From Cenarchaeum sp. (GTDB taxonomy: Archaea; Thermoproteota; Nitrososphaeria; Nitrososphaerales; Nitrosopumilaceae), in assembly GCA_965206845.1 (NCBI GenBank), contig OZ242221.1, forward strand, positions 256,001 to 320,000: a stretch of 64,000 bases of DNA, in the 5' to 3' direction. Positions within the stretch are counted from its first letter, which is position 1; the number at the start of each line of letters is the position of its first letter. This document shows, in pieces, positions 48,820 through 60,687 of this stretch. The position numbers and the translations under genes are program-made. Below the pieces are notes generated by a model. It worked only from the letters and a program-made list of their open reading frames with translations, was not told the origin of the DNA and ran no database searches.

Positions 48820-50084
48820 GGGCCCTTTTTGTATCCCCGCAGGTAATAGAGCGCCACCCCTACTGCCGCCACTACAATCACCAGCACCACGACAGGGGTG
48901 TCGTCAAGCCCTGCAGACCCGGGATCTGCTGCAGGCGCGGAAGATCCAGAGCCTCCACCGGCCACTGCGGGCCTCGGTGGCACCTCCACCGGCTCTACCC
49001 CATCGGGCAGCGGCGCCTCTCCGGCCGGTGCCAAGGTAAAGAACAGGCCGCCCCCGTCGACGGCAAGATCGGTGCCAAACAGGAACTTCGCGTCGACGGT
49101 CAGTCCCGCCGCGGGATCAAATATCCACCCCGACTGCGTAATGTCGGCTGGGACCTTCTCGCCACCGATCAGGTATGTGGACAGGATCTTCCCTCCGGCA
49201 TCTGATACCTGCACCGGCTCATCGGACAGCACGACCACATGCAGCAGGGAGTTGAGCGGGTAGAATCCGCCAGAGTAGTATCCGGAGCGCCGGATCTCGT
49301 CAACTGCCAGGTACTCCAGCGGGTTTATCCTCTCTGGCTGCTGTGTCGTGGGCTCCTCAGTCGACACCTTCAGCTGATACAGGGCGCCGCCACTCTGCAC
49401 AATCATGGAGAAGGTGACCCCTGCATTTTCCCCAGACGACATGCCAAGGGCGGCATCGTAAAATCCGCCCGAGTCTCTGATCGTATCTGGAATCAGAATC
49501 CCTGCCATCCTCTGAAACATCACGGCTGTGGGCTCTGTGGGCATCACATACACCACGGATGCCACTCCCGCCCCGGAGATGGCACCGGAGGTTCCCAGAG
49601 CGTCTGAAGCCGCGCCGCTCTGGACAAATACGGAGTGAAACTGGGCATCCGTCCCAAATGCCGTGTTTATCGCGCCGATGTGCAGATCGCCGACATCCCT
49701 CGGACTTGGGGTGCCAGCCTCTGACGGATCGGATGGGATTATGTTAACCAGTATGCAGGACTCGTCTACGACTCCCGGGACACACCGCTCCTCATTGGTG
49801 ATCACGACTGCCGAGATCCTCCCATCCTGAATAATATCCTCTGCCAGTTCGGGTGGAACCGTGATCTCTTGGTTGTTTACGCTGAGAAGCGAGACTGCCG
49901 ACCTGACGGAGCTCTGGCCATCAATGATTATCTGTATCTGCTCTGAGAATGTGGCAAGCTGCGGCTGCTGTGCCATTGCCGGAACTGCCGAAGCAACAGC
50001 CAGCACCATGATGGCTACAAGAGACAGGCTCCCACTCACAGCTGAAACACACGGAGTTGAATTATTAAGGTTTTCAGATGTCAT
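48816..50084 (-). CDS. Secreted surface protein with C-terminal TM anchor (start uncertain)
   Basis: Signal peptide (…VPAMA/QQ), Pro/Gly linker, TM helix plus YKK tail. Confidence 0.75.
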   Translation of the reverse strand: MTSENLNNSTPCVSAVSGSLSLVAIMVLAVASAVPAMAQQPQLATFSEQIQIIIDGQSSVRSAVSLLSVNNQEITVPPELAEDIIQDGRISAVVITNEERCVPGVVDESCILVNIIPSDPSEAGTPSPRDVGDLHIGAINTAFGTDAQFHSVFVQSGAASDALGTSGAISGAGVASVVYVMPTEPTAVMFQRMAGILIPDTIRDSGGFYDAALGMSSGENAGVTFSMIVQSGGALYQLKVSTEEPTTQQPERINPLEYLAVDEIRRSGYYSGGFYPLNSLLHVVVLSDEPVQVSDAGGKILSTYLIGGEKVPADITQSGWIFDPAAGLTVDAKFLFGTDLAVDGGGLFFTLAPAGEAPLPDGVEPVEVPPRPAVAGGGSGSSAPAADPGSAGLDDTPVVVLVIVVAAVGVALYYLRGYKKGP

Positions 50085-50168
50085 CCGTGCGGAACCATCC
50101 GCCGCGCCGGGTCTGGGGGCTCACCTTGACGCGCAGGCCCGCGCCCAGGCGGTGCCAATGCCGTACCG

Positions 50169-51194
50169 TCACTCCGGGCCGCTAGGCATCAAGCGGTCAA
50201 GGCGGGCCGAGGCGGCTTGGTAGTACTCGGCGTTGTTCTCAAACGCCACACAGCGCCGGTACGTCCTCATGGCGCCCAGCACCGTGGTGGCCGATCCCGC
50301 AAACGGATCAAGTATGGTGTCGCCCTCGTCGGTGAACAGTTCGATCAGCCTCTCTATCAGGGCCAACGGCTTCTGTGTCGGGTGTATCCTGTGCTGGGGC
50401 GACGGTGACTTGTAGGTGAATACGTTGTGCACGGACTTGCCGTTGAACTTTGTCCCCGGCCTCTTGCCCACAACGGCGGCCTCCCAGGAGTTTAGAAGCT
50501 TGAACCTGTGGTTGAACGGCACGGGGTTGGTCTTGTGCCACACCAGGGTTCCGATTGCGTTGAACTTGTGCTTCTCCAGTATGGCCGAATACTGGCCGAT
50601 CTGTGCCTGGGCACAGAATATCACACACCAGCCGCGTATCTTTGGGAGGAGTATGCCGGTCCATGCCTCCGGGCTGAAGCCGTGATCCCATTCCCCAAAC
50701 TCCCCCCGGGGCATGATGAAGTCGCCCCCGTTCTTGCGCAGTCGCTTGGGTATCTGCTGCTCACAAGCATATGGATCGCTTATCCCGTATGGAGGATCCG
50801 TCAGCAGCATGTCTATCGACAGGTCCGGGAGCCTGCCACCTGCAGCCACACCGTCGCCATAGAGGAGTCCAAACTTTGCCGCCCCGTCGGGTGTTGCCAC
50901 CTTTGGCGCCCCTGCGCCCTGCCGCAGATCATCAAGGCGTCTCACAATTCCAGGTATGTCCGCGCTGCCCACCACAACCAGGCTGTCGTCTATCTTCAGC
51001 TCGCCGATCTGCTCGCCACCAAACGGCTCCGCCACAACCGCCACGCTCCACAGGTGGGCCTCGCTGTCATACTCTGGAGTTCCAGATGCCAAGTACCTTC
51101 TCTCCCCGTGAAAGTTGTCCGACAGCCACCTGTTGGCGGCCGCCCTTATCGGAATCAGCGGCACCCCGACAGCCCGTTTGTTCTTGGCACCCAT
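50169..51194 (-). CDS. Orphan N4/N6 DNA methyltransferase (beta class) with N-terminal extension
   Basis: TDPPY precedes HPTQKP and LDPFAGSATT. Confidence 0.9.
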   Translation of the reverse strand: MGAKNKRAVGVPLIPIRAAANRWLSDNFHGERRYLASGTPEYDSEAHLWSVAVVAEPFGGEQIGELKIDDSLVVVGSADIPGIVRRLDDLRQGAGAPKVATPDGAAKFGLLYGDGVAAGGRLPDLSIDMLLTDPPYGISDPYACEQQIPKRLRKNGGDFIMPRGEFGEWDHGFSPEAWTGILLPKIRGWCVIFCAQAQIGQYSAILEKHKFNAIGTLVWHKTNPVPFNHRFKLLNSWEAAVVGKRPGTKFNGKSVHNVFTYKSPSPQHRIHPTQKPLALIERLIELFTDEGDTILDPFAGSATTVLGAMRTYRRCVAFENNAEYYQAASARLDRLMPSGPE

Positions 51195-51375
51195 CCCATC
51201 ACTTGCTCACGGTTTTAGAGGTCATCCTGTCTCAATTTATGGCAAACTGTTCTCCGGCCGCATTGTTCACCAAGAGGCGCTGCTAGGATTAAAGATCATC
51301 CCTCCGCAGACTGCATTTCCGGACGGGCGCTACGGTAGACTTTGCATCCGGTCACGGGCTGGATCAGGTCTGCTG

Positions 51376-51765
51376 TTACCACGCCGTTTGCCATACCCCG
51401 ACGACGTTCCCCTCGGTATCGGAGACCCGCGCATAAAACCCGTACTCGCCAATCTGTTTCCTTGGAAGCACGATCTTGCCGCCGGACTCCTCTACCTTCC
51501 TTAGGTGCTCGTCAAGGGATCGTACGGAGATAACTATTACTGGGAGCTCCCCTGGCATGTGCCTTGCCATCATGCCGCCGTTTATCGTACCCGGCGCCTT
51601 TGGCATCATCGTCTTTGGATCAGACTCGGCGGTAGTCACCATATGATAGTCCATGTCCGGAAGCGCGGCAAACCGCCAGCCAAACACGTCTCGGTAGAAC
51701 TTTTGCGCCCTGGACCGATCCTCGTATGGAATCTCAAAATGAGTTACGCTATCCATGCCAGACAC
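51376..51765 (-). CDS. VOC/glyoxalase family protein
   Basis: HFEIP...FYRDVFGW...INGGM...DTEGNVVGVW. Confidence 0.9.
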   Translation of the reverse strand: MSGMDSVTHFEIPYEDRSRAQKFYRDVFGWRFAALPDMDYHMVTTAESDPKTMMPKAPGTINGGMMARHMPGELPVIVISVRSLDEHLRKVEESGGKIVLPRKQIGEYGFYARVSDTEGNVVGVWQTAW

Positions 51766-51847
51766 ACACGGGCCACACTATAAGTATGCGCAGGTATCGG
51801 CACCCCGGAGCCGCATGGCCCTGCCCAGGCTGCGTTGGGAAGCCGAA

Positions 51848-52369
51848 CTATCTGGCCTGAAGGCCGGCGTTCCGGTCCAGCAGCATGGATCGCGATCGTA
51901 TCGTCTTTCTGAACAGGACGAATCCCAGGGCCGTGGTTACCGCGCCAAACATGATGTTGGCCACGTTTGCGTTCTCGCCGGTGGAGGTCATCGTGAATAT
52001 CATGCCCATCACCATCATGAGCACTCCAAGGCCCGCAAAGATCATCATGACCTGCGGGAGCTTTCTTGGCTGCGGCCTGGGGCCAAACCCCGGGGCGCTC
52101 TCGGGTATCGACCCGCTGACCACGGACTCGTGGCACACGTGGCAGTAGTGCTGGCGCTTGTGCTCCTTTGTGACGGCCTTGAGAAAGTAAAACTCCACGT
52201 TGCAGAGGTCGCACGGCCTTGCCGGGGTGACGATCCTCCCGTACTTGTCAAAGTCCTTGCCCAGGTCAAGCATGCACTTTTTGCAAAAGTATCCGGGAAT
52301 CTTCCACATGCGCTGGAACCGGTACTTTTTCCAGCTCAGCGGAACCCCGCATCCGCTACAGTGTGCCAT
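51848..52369 (-). CDS. Double zinc-ribbon membrane protein co-transcribed with the urea transporter
   Basis: Four CxxC (CSGC, CKKC, CDLC, CHVC) plus two C-terminal TM helices; ATG 2 bp after the transporter stop. Confidence 0.8.
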   Translation of the reverse strand: MAHCSGCGVPLSWKKYRFQRMWKIPGYFCKKCMLDLGKDFDKYGRIVTPARPCDLCNVEFYFLKAVTKEHKRQHYCHVCHESVVSGSIPESAPGFGPRPQPRKLPQVMMIFAGLGVLMMVMGMIFTMTSTGENANVANIMFGAVTTALGFVLFRKTIRSRSMLLDRNAGLQAR

Positions 52370-52371
52370 TC

Positions 52372-54357
52372 CTATTCCCCTTCGGGTACCGGCTTCTTGC
52401 CTCTCAGCACCGAACCGATTCCCTTCCTTGCCTCGATTATCGGCAGGCCGACTATGAAGAAGGTCGCGGCAGATATCCAGCAGACGGCGATTCCGGTCCA
52501 CAGGGAGAAGAAGCTGAGGTCAAAGACGTAGTTGGCAAAGAAGAGCGGCAGGGGCCAGATTATTATCAGCACGATGGTCATCAGCCCGCCTCCCTTGAGG
52601 CTGAACCTGAACGCCTTCTTGAGCACCTCCTCGTCCTGGTCCAGCTTGCTTATCTCCTTCTGGGACATCTCCACCAGCTTTATCCTCTCCTTCATCAGCT
52701 TCCAGTCGAAGCTTGTGCGCTTTATCAGGCTCCCGAAGACTGCGATCGCGCCGCCGGTCAGTATCCCGGCTATGTTGCCAAAGAGCATCGAGAAGTTGTG
52801 GCCAAGGCTCGCAAGGGACACGACGCCGCCAAACTCGGGCAGCGAGGCGGCAACGCCGGCCCAGGTGGTCAGCGCCACTGCCAGGCCCGCAATGGCCCCT
52901 ATGGTGGCGGCGTACTTGTTGGTGCCCTTCCAGATTATGGTCAGCGCAATCGGTATCACGGCAGAGCCGATGAGGACGCCCATCGCCAGGTAGACGAATC
53001 CCAGGCTCAGTCCCAGCCCCAGCAGCACAACGGCAAGGCCCCCCATCCCGAGCCCGAATCCCACGATCGTTACCCGGGAGACGCGCAGCAGCTGCTTGCC
53101 GGTGGCGTTGGGGTTCTTGTACGTCCGGTACACGTCGTACGTGATTAGCGACGACACCGCGATGAGCTCGGCGGATCCCGCCGACGTCACGGCCATGAAC
53201 AGCATAGTGAGCACCAAAACGGCGCCGACCTCGCCCATCAGCACGGTCGCGGCTGCCGGAACGGTCAGGCCCAGCTGGACCTGCTCCGGGGTGAGATCCA
53301 CCCCAAGCGCCACCGCGGTAAGCCCCATGGTGGTTGCAAGCGTGAACGGGATCGCAAACCAGCAGGCGCCCCCCAGGAGGAAGCCCTTGACGGTGGACGT
53401 CGGCTGGGCCGCGATCGCCCTCTGCCAGTACGCCTGGTCCACAAACACGGTTCCAAAGTTTCCAACTATGTTTATGATCCCAAATATCAGGCCTCCCACG
53501 GATGCCATGGTCAGGTAGGCTCCGGCCGCGTTGCCCTCCACGGGATTGATTCGCGCAGCCTCGACCAGCTTGTCGTACATCCCCTCGATGCCCCCGGTCA
53601 CCGGGCTGATAAAGTACACCGTGGCGACAAAGATCAGTATCACGGAGAATATGATTATGGTATGCATGTAGTCGGCAACAAAGGTGGCCTTGAGCCCCCC
53701 CACCAGCGTGTAGATCATCACCCCCATGGGGATCAGAAACGCCGCAAGTGAGATGTCCATGCCCGTCAGGCCGTTGACCACTGCCGCGCCGCCGAGAAGC
53801 AGCATTGCGGTCACTATCATGTTGGTCATCAGCGCGAATATCAGAAAGACACGGTGGGCACCGTCACCGTATCGTGCTCTAATGATCTCTAGAAACGTGT
53901 GCGCATGGGGTGCCTTGCGCTTCAGCTCTATTGCCAGTATGCCAAACAGGAGGACCTGTATGGACGCACCGGCTGCGTACCAGAATGGCCCACTGACTCC
54001 GTACTGGTAGGCTACCGTCGATGACTGCAGCAGCGTGGCGGCCCATGTCCAGGCTGACACGATCGCCGCCGCGGTGAGTCCGGTCTTGATCACCCTTCCT
54101 GCGGTGTTGAACCACTCAGAAGTCTTGGTGACGCCGAGGTACTTTTCCTCGATCTTGATCTCCATTGAGATCACGACCGCGAACACGGCGCCGAGGCCCA
54201 CTACAATAAACCAGCCCCAGCTCTCGTCGAGCACCTCGCCGATGACGAACCCCTCGCTTATGGCGCCCGCGCCAAAAGCGGCCTGCGGAACGACCAGCGC
54301 GGCAAGCGCGGCGAGCGCAAGGATGGGCAAAAATTTCCCGCTCCCTGCCAAAGTCAT
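52372..54357 (-). CDS. dur3: Dur3-like active urea transporter (sodium:solute symporter family)
   Basis: SAWTWAATLLQSS, GPFWYAAGA, GNFGTVFVDQAYWQRAIAA, SAGSAELIAVSSLITYDVY; near the urease genes. Confidence 0.88.
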   Translation of the reverse strand: MTLAGSGKFLPILALAALAALVVPQAAFGAGAISEGFVIGEVLDESWGWFIVVGLGAVFAVVISMEIKIEEKYLGVTKTSEWFNTAGRVIKTGLTAAAIVSAWTWAATLLQSSTVAYQYGVSGPFWYAAGASIQVLLFGILAIELKRKAPHAHTFLEIIRARYGDGAHRVFLIFALMTNMIVTAMLLLGGAAVVNGLTGMDISLAAFLIPMGVMIYTLVGGLKATFVADYMHTIIIFSVILIFVATVYFISPVTGGIEGMYDKLVEAARINPVEGNAAGAYLTMASVGGLIFGIINIVGNFGTVFVDQAYWQRAIAAQPTSTVKGFLLGGACWFAIPFTLATTMGLTAVALGVDLTPEQVQLGLTVPAAATVLMGEVGAVLVLTMLFMAVTSAGSAELIAVSSLITYDVYRTYKNPNATGKQLLRVSRVTIVGFGLGMGGLAVVLLGLGLSLGFVYLAMGVLIGSAVIPIALTIIWKGTNKYAATIGAIAGLAVALTTWAGVAASLPEFGGVVSLASLGHNFSMLFGNIAGILTGGAIAVFGSLIKRTSFDWKLMKERIKLVEMSQKEISKLDQDEEVLKKAFRFSLKGGGLMTIVLIIIWPLPLFFANYVFDLSFFSLWTGIAVCWISAATFFIVGLPIIEARKGIGSVLRGKKPVPEGE

Positions 54358-54774
54358 GACATTACACACCCGGCAATTTTATTTATCAATTCCAAACGCA
54401 ACTTTCTTTATATAGTGGGATCGAACCCCCTGCCGCGGCATGCGCCTGCCAGGATGCGCGCCATGCATCCTAGGCATCGCGGTCCGCGCCTGACGCACCC
54501 AGGGAAAGGCAGGACGGATCTCTGCCGACGTCGACTAGAGATCAGTGTCGAGCCGGGTGCGGAGGATCGCACGCATGAGCAGACATCAGGATGGCAGGGT
54601 TCTAGCCTGCGCACGTCCGGGCACTGGCACGAATCGCAATGCGCAGGCTCCCGATCACGGCAAACGAGTAGAACGTTTAAATCCGCCACACCTGGAGAAC
54701 TGTTGACATCGTTTCAAACCGTTCGGGGAAACAGGCCGGCAGCCAGTGCGTTTTGGCTGCTGGCCATTATTTGT

Positions 54775-56544
54775 TCATCTCAACGTCAAGAGCTGCCTTA
54801 TCTGCCGGCGCACATACTCAAAGCCGTCCTGCCAGAACCCCGCAGAGGAGATATCCATGTCGTGCTGTAGAAGGAGTGACTCGGTCTTCTGGGAGCCGCC
54901 GGCGGAGAGTATCTCAAGGTACGATGGGACAAAGTCGGCGCCCTCCTTCTTGTATCTCTGGAATAGGGACAGCGCAAGCAGGTTTCCAAAGGAGTAGGCG
55001 TAGCAGTAAAACGGGGCATGGTAAAAGTGAGGTATGCAGCTCCACTCCAGCGCAAAGTCATCGGATATCTCAACCGAGCTCCCAAACTGTTTCTGCAGGT
55101 TCCGCAGGTATGTCTTTGACAGCTCGGCCACCGTGGTGCTTGCCGCAATCTGTTTGTGGGCATCAACCTCAAAGAGTGTGAAGAACGACTGCCTCATTAT
55201 GGTGGCGTACAGGTCGCCTATCTTTTCTGCAAGCATAAACCGCCCCTCCTCTTCTGGTATCTTCTCAACCAGGCTGTCATAGAGCAGCAGCTCTGAGAAC
55301 GTGGATGCGGTCTCGGCCAGGGGCAGGGACGCGCTCTGTACCAGAATGGATCTGCCTGCAGCGGCCTGGCTGTGGATCGCGTGTCCCAGCTCGTGCGCCA
55401 GTGTAAACACGTCTCGGAGCTTGCCGGTAAAGTTGACAAGCACAAAAGGTGTGACCCGCGGAGACAGGGTGCTGCAAAAGGCGCCGTCCCTCTTTCCCGG
55501 CCGCAGTAAGGAGTCCACATGGTTCTGGTCAAGCACCTTCTTGGCAAAGCCGGACATCACCGGGCTGAACCGGCCTAGGGACTCCAAGACGAGCCTTATC
55601 GAGTGGTCATACGAGTAGCTCCTCTCCCTGGCTCTTGCGGTTATCGGCGCATAGAGGTCATACCTTCGCAGCCTCGCCAAGTCCAGCATCTTTGCCTTCT
55701 GCACAAAGAACTCCCGGAATATGGGCGCGTTCTTCTCGCATACCCGCAGCAACGAGTCCACCGTCTTGTCATCCACATCGTTTGCGATATTTCTCACGGA
55801 CACCGGAGTCCGGTATCCCCTGAGCTGAATCCCTTCGTCCCTCCAGTTGAGAACGATATTCTGGTAGATCTCGCCTAGAACCCCCTTGTCTTCTTCAAAC
55901 CGCTCAAAGAGCGCAGCGTATGCGGCCTGTCGTGTTTTGGGGTTTGCGCTCCTTACAAGGCCGGCAAGTTCCTCCCGGGCCATCTTTCTCCTTCTGCCTC
56001 CGACCATTACACGGTACTCAAAGGCATTCGTAATCTTGTCGTATATCTTTACCAGAGCCGACGCACCGGTAGCATCCAGTATGTTGATCAGCTTCTCTTC
56101 AGGCTCCGAGAGCGTATACGCCGAAACGAGCCTCTGATGCCGGAGGTATCCTGCTAGGTCGCCTACATCCTGCATCAGTCGGACGGCGTTCCCCTCGTCC
56201 ACGGATCTCTTCCACCACAGGTCAAAGAACAGCACCTGGTTTGAGATGTCCGCTCCGAGCTTTGTCATCCGGGTCACAAGCGACGTGGCCTGATCCGACT
56301 GGGTATCTGCCGCATACTGTAGCGAGGCATACCCTGCCACCAGGTTGATCTCCTCTGTGATGCGCTCAAGCCTGCGAAGTATCCTGCCAAACTCTGCAGA
56401 CGAAATCTCCGGTGCGAGTCCGTCCTTGAGGCGGCCAAACGACTTGGCCTTTTTTCGTATCCGGCTTACCTGCTCCTCAAAGCCCGGCCCGGCGTCGTCC
56501 CTCACAAGCTCCGACAGGTCCCAACTAGCCGGTTCGCGCCTCAT
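54775..56544 (-). CDS. pepF: Oligoendopeptidase F (M3B)
   Basis: WDLSEL, GKRDGAFC, TLAHELGH, AETASTFSE, IPHFY...FYCYAY. Confidence 0.92.
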   Translation of the reverse strand: MRREPASWDLSELVRDDAGPGFEEQVSRIRKKAKSFGRLKDGLAPEISSAEFGRILRRLERITEEINLVAGYASLQYAADTQSDQATSLVTRMTKLGADISNQVLFFDLWWKRSVDEGNAVRLMQDVGDLAGYLRHQRLVSAYTLSEPEEKLINILDATGASALVKIYDKITNAFEYRVMVGGRRRKMAREELAGLVRSANPKTRQAAYAALFERFEEDKGVLGEIYQNIVLNWRDEGIQLRGYRTPVSVRNIANDVDDKTVDSLLRVCEKNAPIFREFFVQKAKMLDLARLRRYDLYAPITARARERSYSYDHSIRLVLESLGRFSPVMSGFAKKVLDQNHVDSLLRPGKRDGAFCSTLSPRVTPFVLVNFTGKLRDVFTLAHELGHAIHSQAAAGRSILVQSASLPLAETASTFSELLLYDSLVEKIPEEEGRFMLAEKIGDLYATIMRQSFFTLFEVDAHKQIAASTTVAELSKTYLRNLQKQFGSSVEISDDFALEWSCIPHFYHAPFYCYAYSFGNLLALSLFQRYKKEGADFVPSYLEILSAGGSQKTESLLLQHDMDISSAGFWQDGFEYVRRQIRQLLTLR

Positions 56545-56569
56545 CGTACTGGGTCGCCCTGCTGTCAGA

Positions 56570-56824
56570 TTAAAAGTATGCCTTGTGGATGTAGCACCAC
56601 TTCCAGAGCCTGTCCGGTACCGCCTGCATTACCGGATGCCCCGTCTCCTCAAAGTGTCTTGTCGCGTGCCGCCCCACAGACGAGTCGCAGCAGCCCACAT
56701 GTCCGCACACCAGGCACATCCTGATTGCAACCCATGGGAGCCCTTCCCTTCTGCACTCCTCGCAGCCGGCGGTCTTTTGCTCCACGTCTTCACACGAGTC
56801 AAAGTGCTCGCATGTCTCCGCCAT
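56570..56824 (-). CDS. UBP-type zinc-finger protein
   Basis: CEH...GCEEC...RMCLVCGHVGCCDSS...HATRHF...HPV. Confidence 0.9.
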   Translation of the reverse strand: MAETCEHFDSCEDVEQKTAGCEECRREGLPWVAIRMCLVCGHVGCCDSSVGRHATRHFEETGHPVMQAVPDRLWKWCYIHKAYF

Positions 56825-56952
56825 ACATGGACACCACCCCTGCAGCTAAAAAATGTTAGCTTGAATTAACTTTAATGTGTACAGATAGGCTACCCTAATT
56901 AGGCATACTTAATTTTCGCTAGCTTTAAGAGGAAAAATACGTTACATATGTT

Positions 56953-57261
56953 ATGAGCGTGTGGAGCAGGTTCTGGAAGTGGTACGAGAACAAGATTCTT
57001 GGCAGCATCGTCATAATTGCCATAATTCAGTTTATCCAGATTCCACACATGGTATGGAATGCCGACCTGTACCTCGAGACGGGGGTCATCAGCAGAATAC
57101 ACCCTGCACTTGACTGGCTCCTCTACGGGGTGGATCTGATCGAGATCGTCTCCATCGTCAACGTGGGAATGATAATGTACAGCCTCATAAAGCAGCGCCG
57201 CCAGAGAAGCGCCGCAAGAGGGATTGATGCAACACTCAACAGAGTCCAGGATGCCGCATGA
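56953..57261 (+). CDS. Small membrane protein
   Basis: Two hydrophobic segments (IQIPHMVW; LYGVDLIEI). Confidence 0.72.
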   Translation: MSVWSRFWKWYENKILGSIVIIAIIQFIQIPHMVWNADLYLETGVISRIHPALDWLLYGVDLIEIVSIVNVGMIMYSLIKQRRQRSAARGIDATLNRVQDAA

Positions 57262-57312
57262 GGCACCGCCTACTAGAAAGGTAAAAATATCTTGCCAATC
57301 TTATTGCCTTGT

Positions 57313-57867
57313 ATGCAGAATATAGGCAGAGTGGACAGAATAGACGAGCTGATAATTTCAGCACTTAGCAAGGACTCCAGGCAGAGCACGTTTGAGATGT
57401 GGGATTTCCTAAAGGGCTTTGGCTACAATGTCACCCAGGAGGAGATCGAGTCAAGGATATCGGCATTGGAGCAGAACAAGATTATCAAGAACTACACAAT
57501 CTCGGTAGACACCAAAAAGATTCCCGGCAGGGTTACGCGGGTGGATCTTGTAACCTTTAGAACGTCACAGGCACTTCCCAAAAGACTCGTGGGTCTAAAG
57601 AAATACCTCAAGGATGCGCCGTTTGTCATATACTCTGGCAGGACCAGGGGAAGCTATGACTGGATAACGGTAAAGTCGTTTCTGTCAAACGACATGGCAG
57701 ACGAGGAGAGCGACATATACAGAAACCTGTTTGGCGACATACTTCAGACCTTCGAGGTGTACGACTTTATACCGCAGACCGACATATCGCTTTACGGCCT
57801 GACTTACACGGAGTCCGAGTACCAAAAATTCCTCAAGGAATGGGCCCCCCCGTTTATCGGCAATTGA
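57313..57867 (+). CDS. Lrp/AsnC-family transcriptional regulator
   Basis: DRIDELIISALSKDSRQS...SRISALEQNKIIKNYTI...RGSYDW. Confidence 0.8.
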   Translation: MQNIGRVDRIDELIISALSKDSRQSTFEMWDFLKGFGYNVTQEEIESRISALEQNKIIKNYTISVDTKKIPGRVTRVDLVTFRTSQALPKRLVGLKKYLKDAPFVIYSGRTRGSYDWITVKSFLSNDMADEESDIYRNLFGDILQTFEVYDFIPQTDISLYGLTYTESEYQKFLKEWAPPFIGN

Positions 57868-57927
57868 GTAGACGTCGACTGATTCTAGGCCCCTTGCCCG
57901 CGGCTACTTTTGCATCCTATGGCCGCA

Positions 57928-58740
57928 TCAACTGCGTCGCGGGCGGCTCTTTTTGTATCTCAGGCCCACGTCGATCATGTCGTGGGTGGTTCTTCTTATA
58001 CTCATAAGGTAGTTGATCAAATCCACACGGTTCGGCGGATTTGCCTTGTGTGCGTCTTCAATAAGGTCATCGATTCTGGACAGGGTTATCTTCAGCACAA
58101 GTGTGCTCTTCTTTACGATGCGAAGATCCTTGGGCTTTGTCTCTTTCCTATAGCCGGTCAGCTCCGCCTCGTCTGAGAGATCGTGCTTTCTCTTTCTTAT
58201 CTGCCGTACGGTAAGGTTGTTGCTGACAACCTCGTGAATGAGCTCGTCCTTGATGGCGCTGTCGGCGCTTGTCAGCTCCAGCGCCTGGCTTACGCTCATC
58301 TTTTGGGTCACAATCTTTTCCTTCACGGCCTGGGGCAGTTTGAGAAGCATTATTCTGTGGGATACGTACTCTTCGCTCTTTCCTATCCTCCTGCTCAGAT
58401 AGCTGACCCCGCCCCAGCCAAAATCGACCACGTACTTTTGATAGGCCTCTGCCTCCTCAAGGGGATCCATTGACTTTCTCTGCATGTTCTCTGTGAGCTG
58501 CACCTCGTACGCCTGCCTGTCTGAAAACTCCCTGATCCTGCAGGGAATGAATCGCCACCTGAGGCTTCTGCAGGCCGAAAATCTCCGGTGTCCGGCAACG
58601 ATCTCAAATCCGTGCTCCAGGGGTCGAATCACAATTGGTTGGAGCAGGCCGTGCTCCTTTATGCTGGCTTTGAGAGCGGTAAACTCGTTTGAGTCCTTGG
58701 TGTCGTCGTACCTTACTGGAAATTTTGACGGCCTGATCAT
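57928..58740 (-). CDS. ParB/Spo0J-family protein
   Basis: LKASIKEHGLLQPIVIR...IVAGHRRF...ENMQRKSMDPLEEA, followed by an HTH. Confidence 0.9.
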   Translation of the reverse strand: MIRPSKFPVRYDDTKDSNEFTALKASIKEHGLLQPIVIRPLEHGFEIVAGHRRFSACRSLRWRFIPCRIREFSDRQAYEVQLTENMQRKSMDPLEEAEAYQKYVVDFGWGGVSYLSRRIGKSEEYVSHRIMLLKLPQAVKEKIVTQKMSVSQALELTSADSAIKDELIHEVVSNNLTVRQIRKRKHDLSDEAELTGYRKETKPKDLRIVKKSTLVLKITLSRIDDLIEDAHKANPPNRVDLINYLMSIRRTTHDMIDVGLRYKKSRPRRS

Positions 58741-58974
58741 TCGCAGCTCGATTGGCTCTACAAGCGAATTGTCAAAGGGCAGCGATTTGACTCACCGCAG
58801 AATAATACGCTGCACCGTATTTAATTATTTAAGGTAGGACTGCCTGCTGCGCCGAGTCAGGCGTGGTGGTTCCCCGGGCGTACGCGTCTGCGCCAAAATG
58901 GGAAGAAAACGTGATCGCGCATGGCCGGCCCCGGCGACATGTTGCAGAGAGGAATGATCGGTGCCGGCAAAGGA

Positions 58975-60683
<1,709 letters not shown>

Positions 60684-60687
<4 letters not shown>

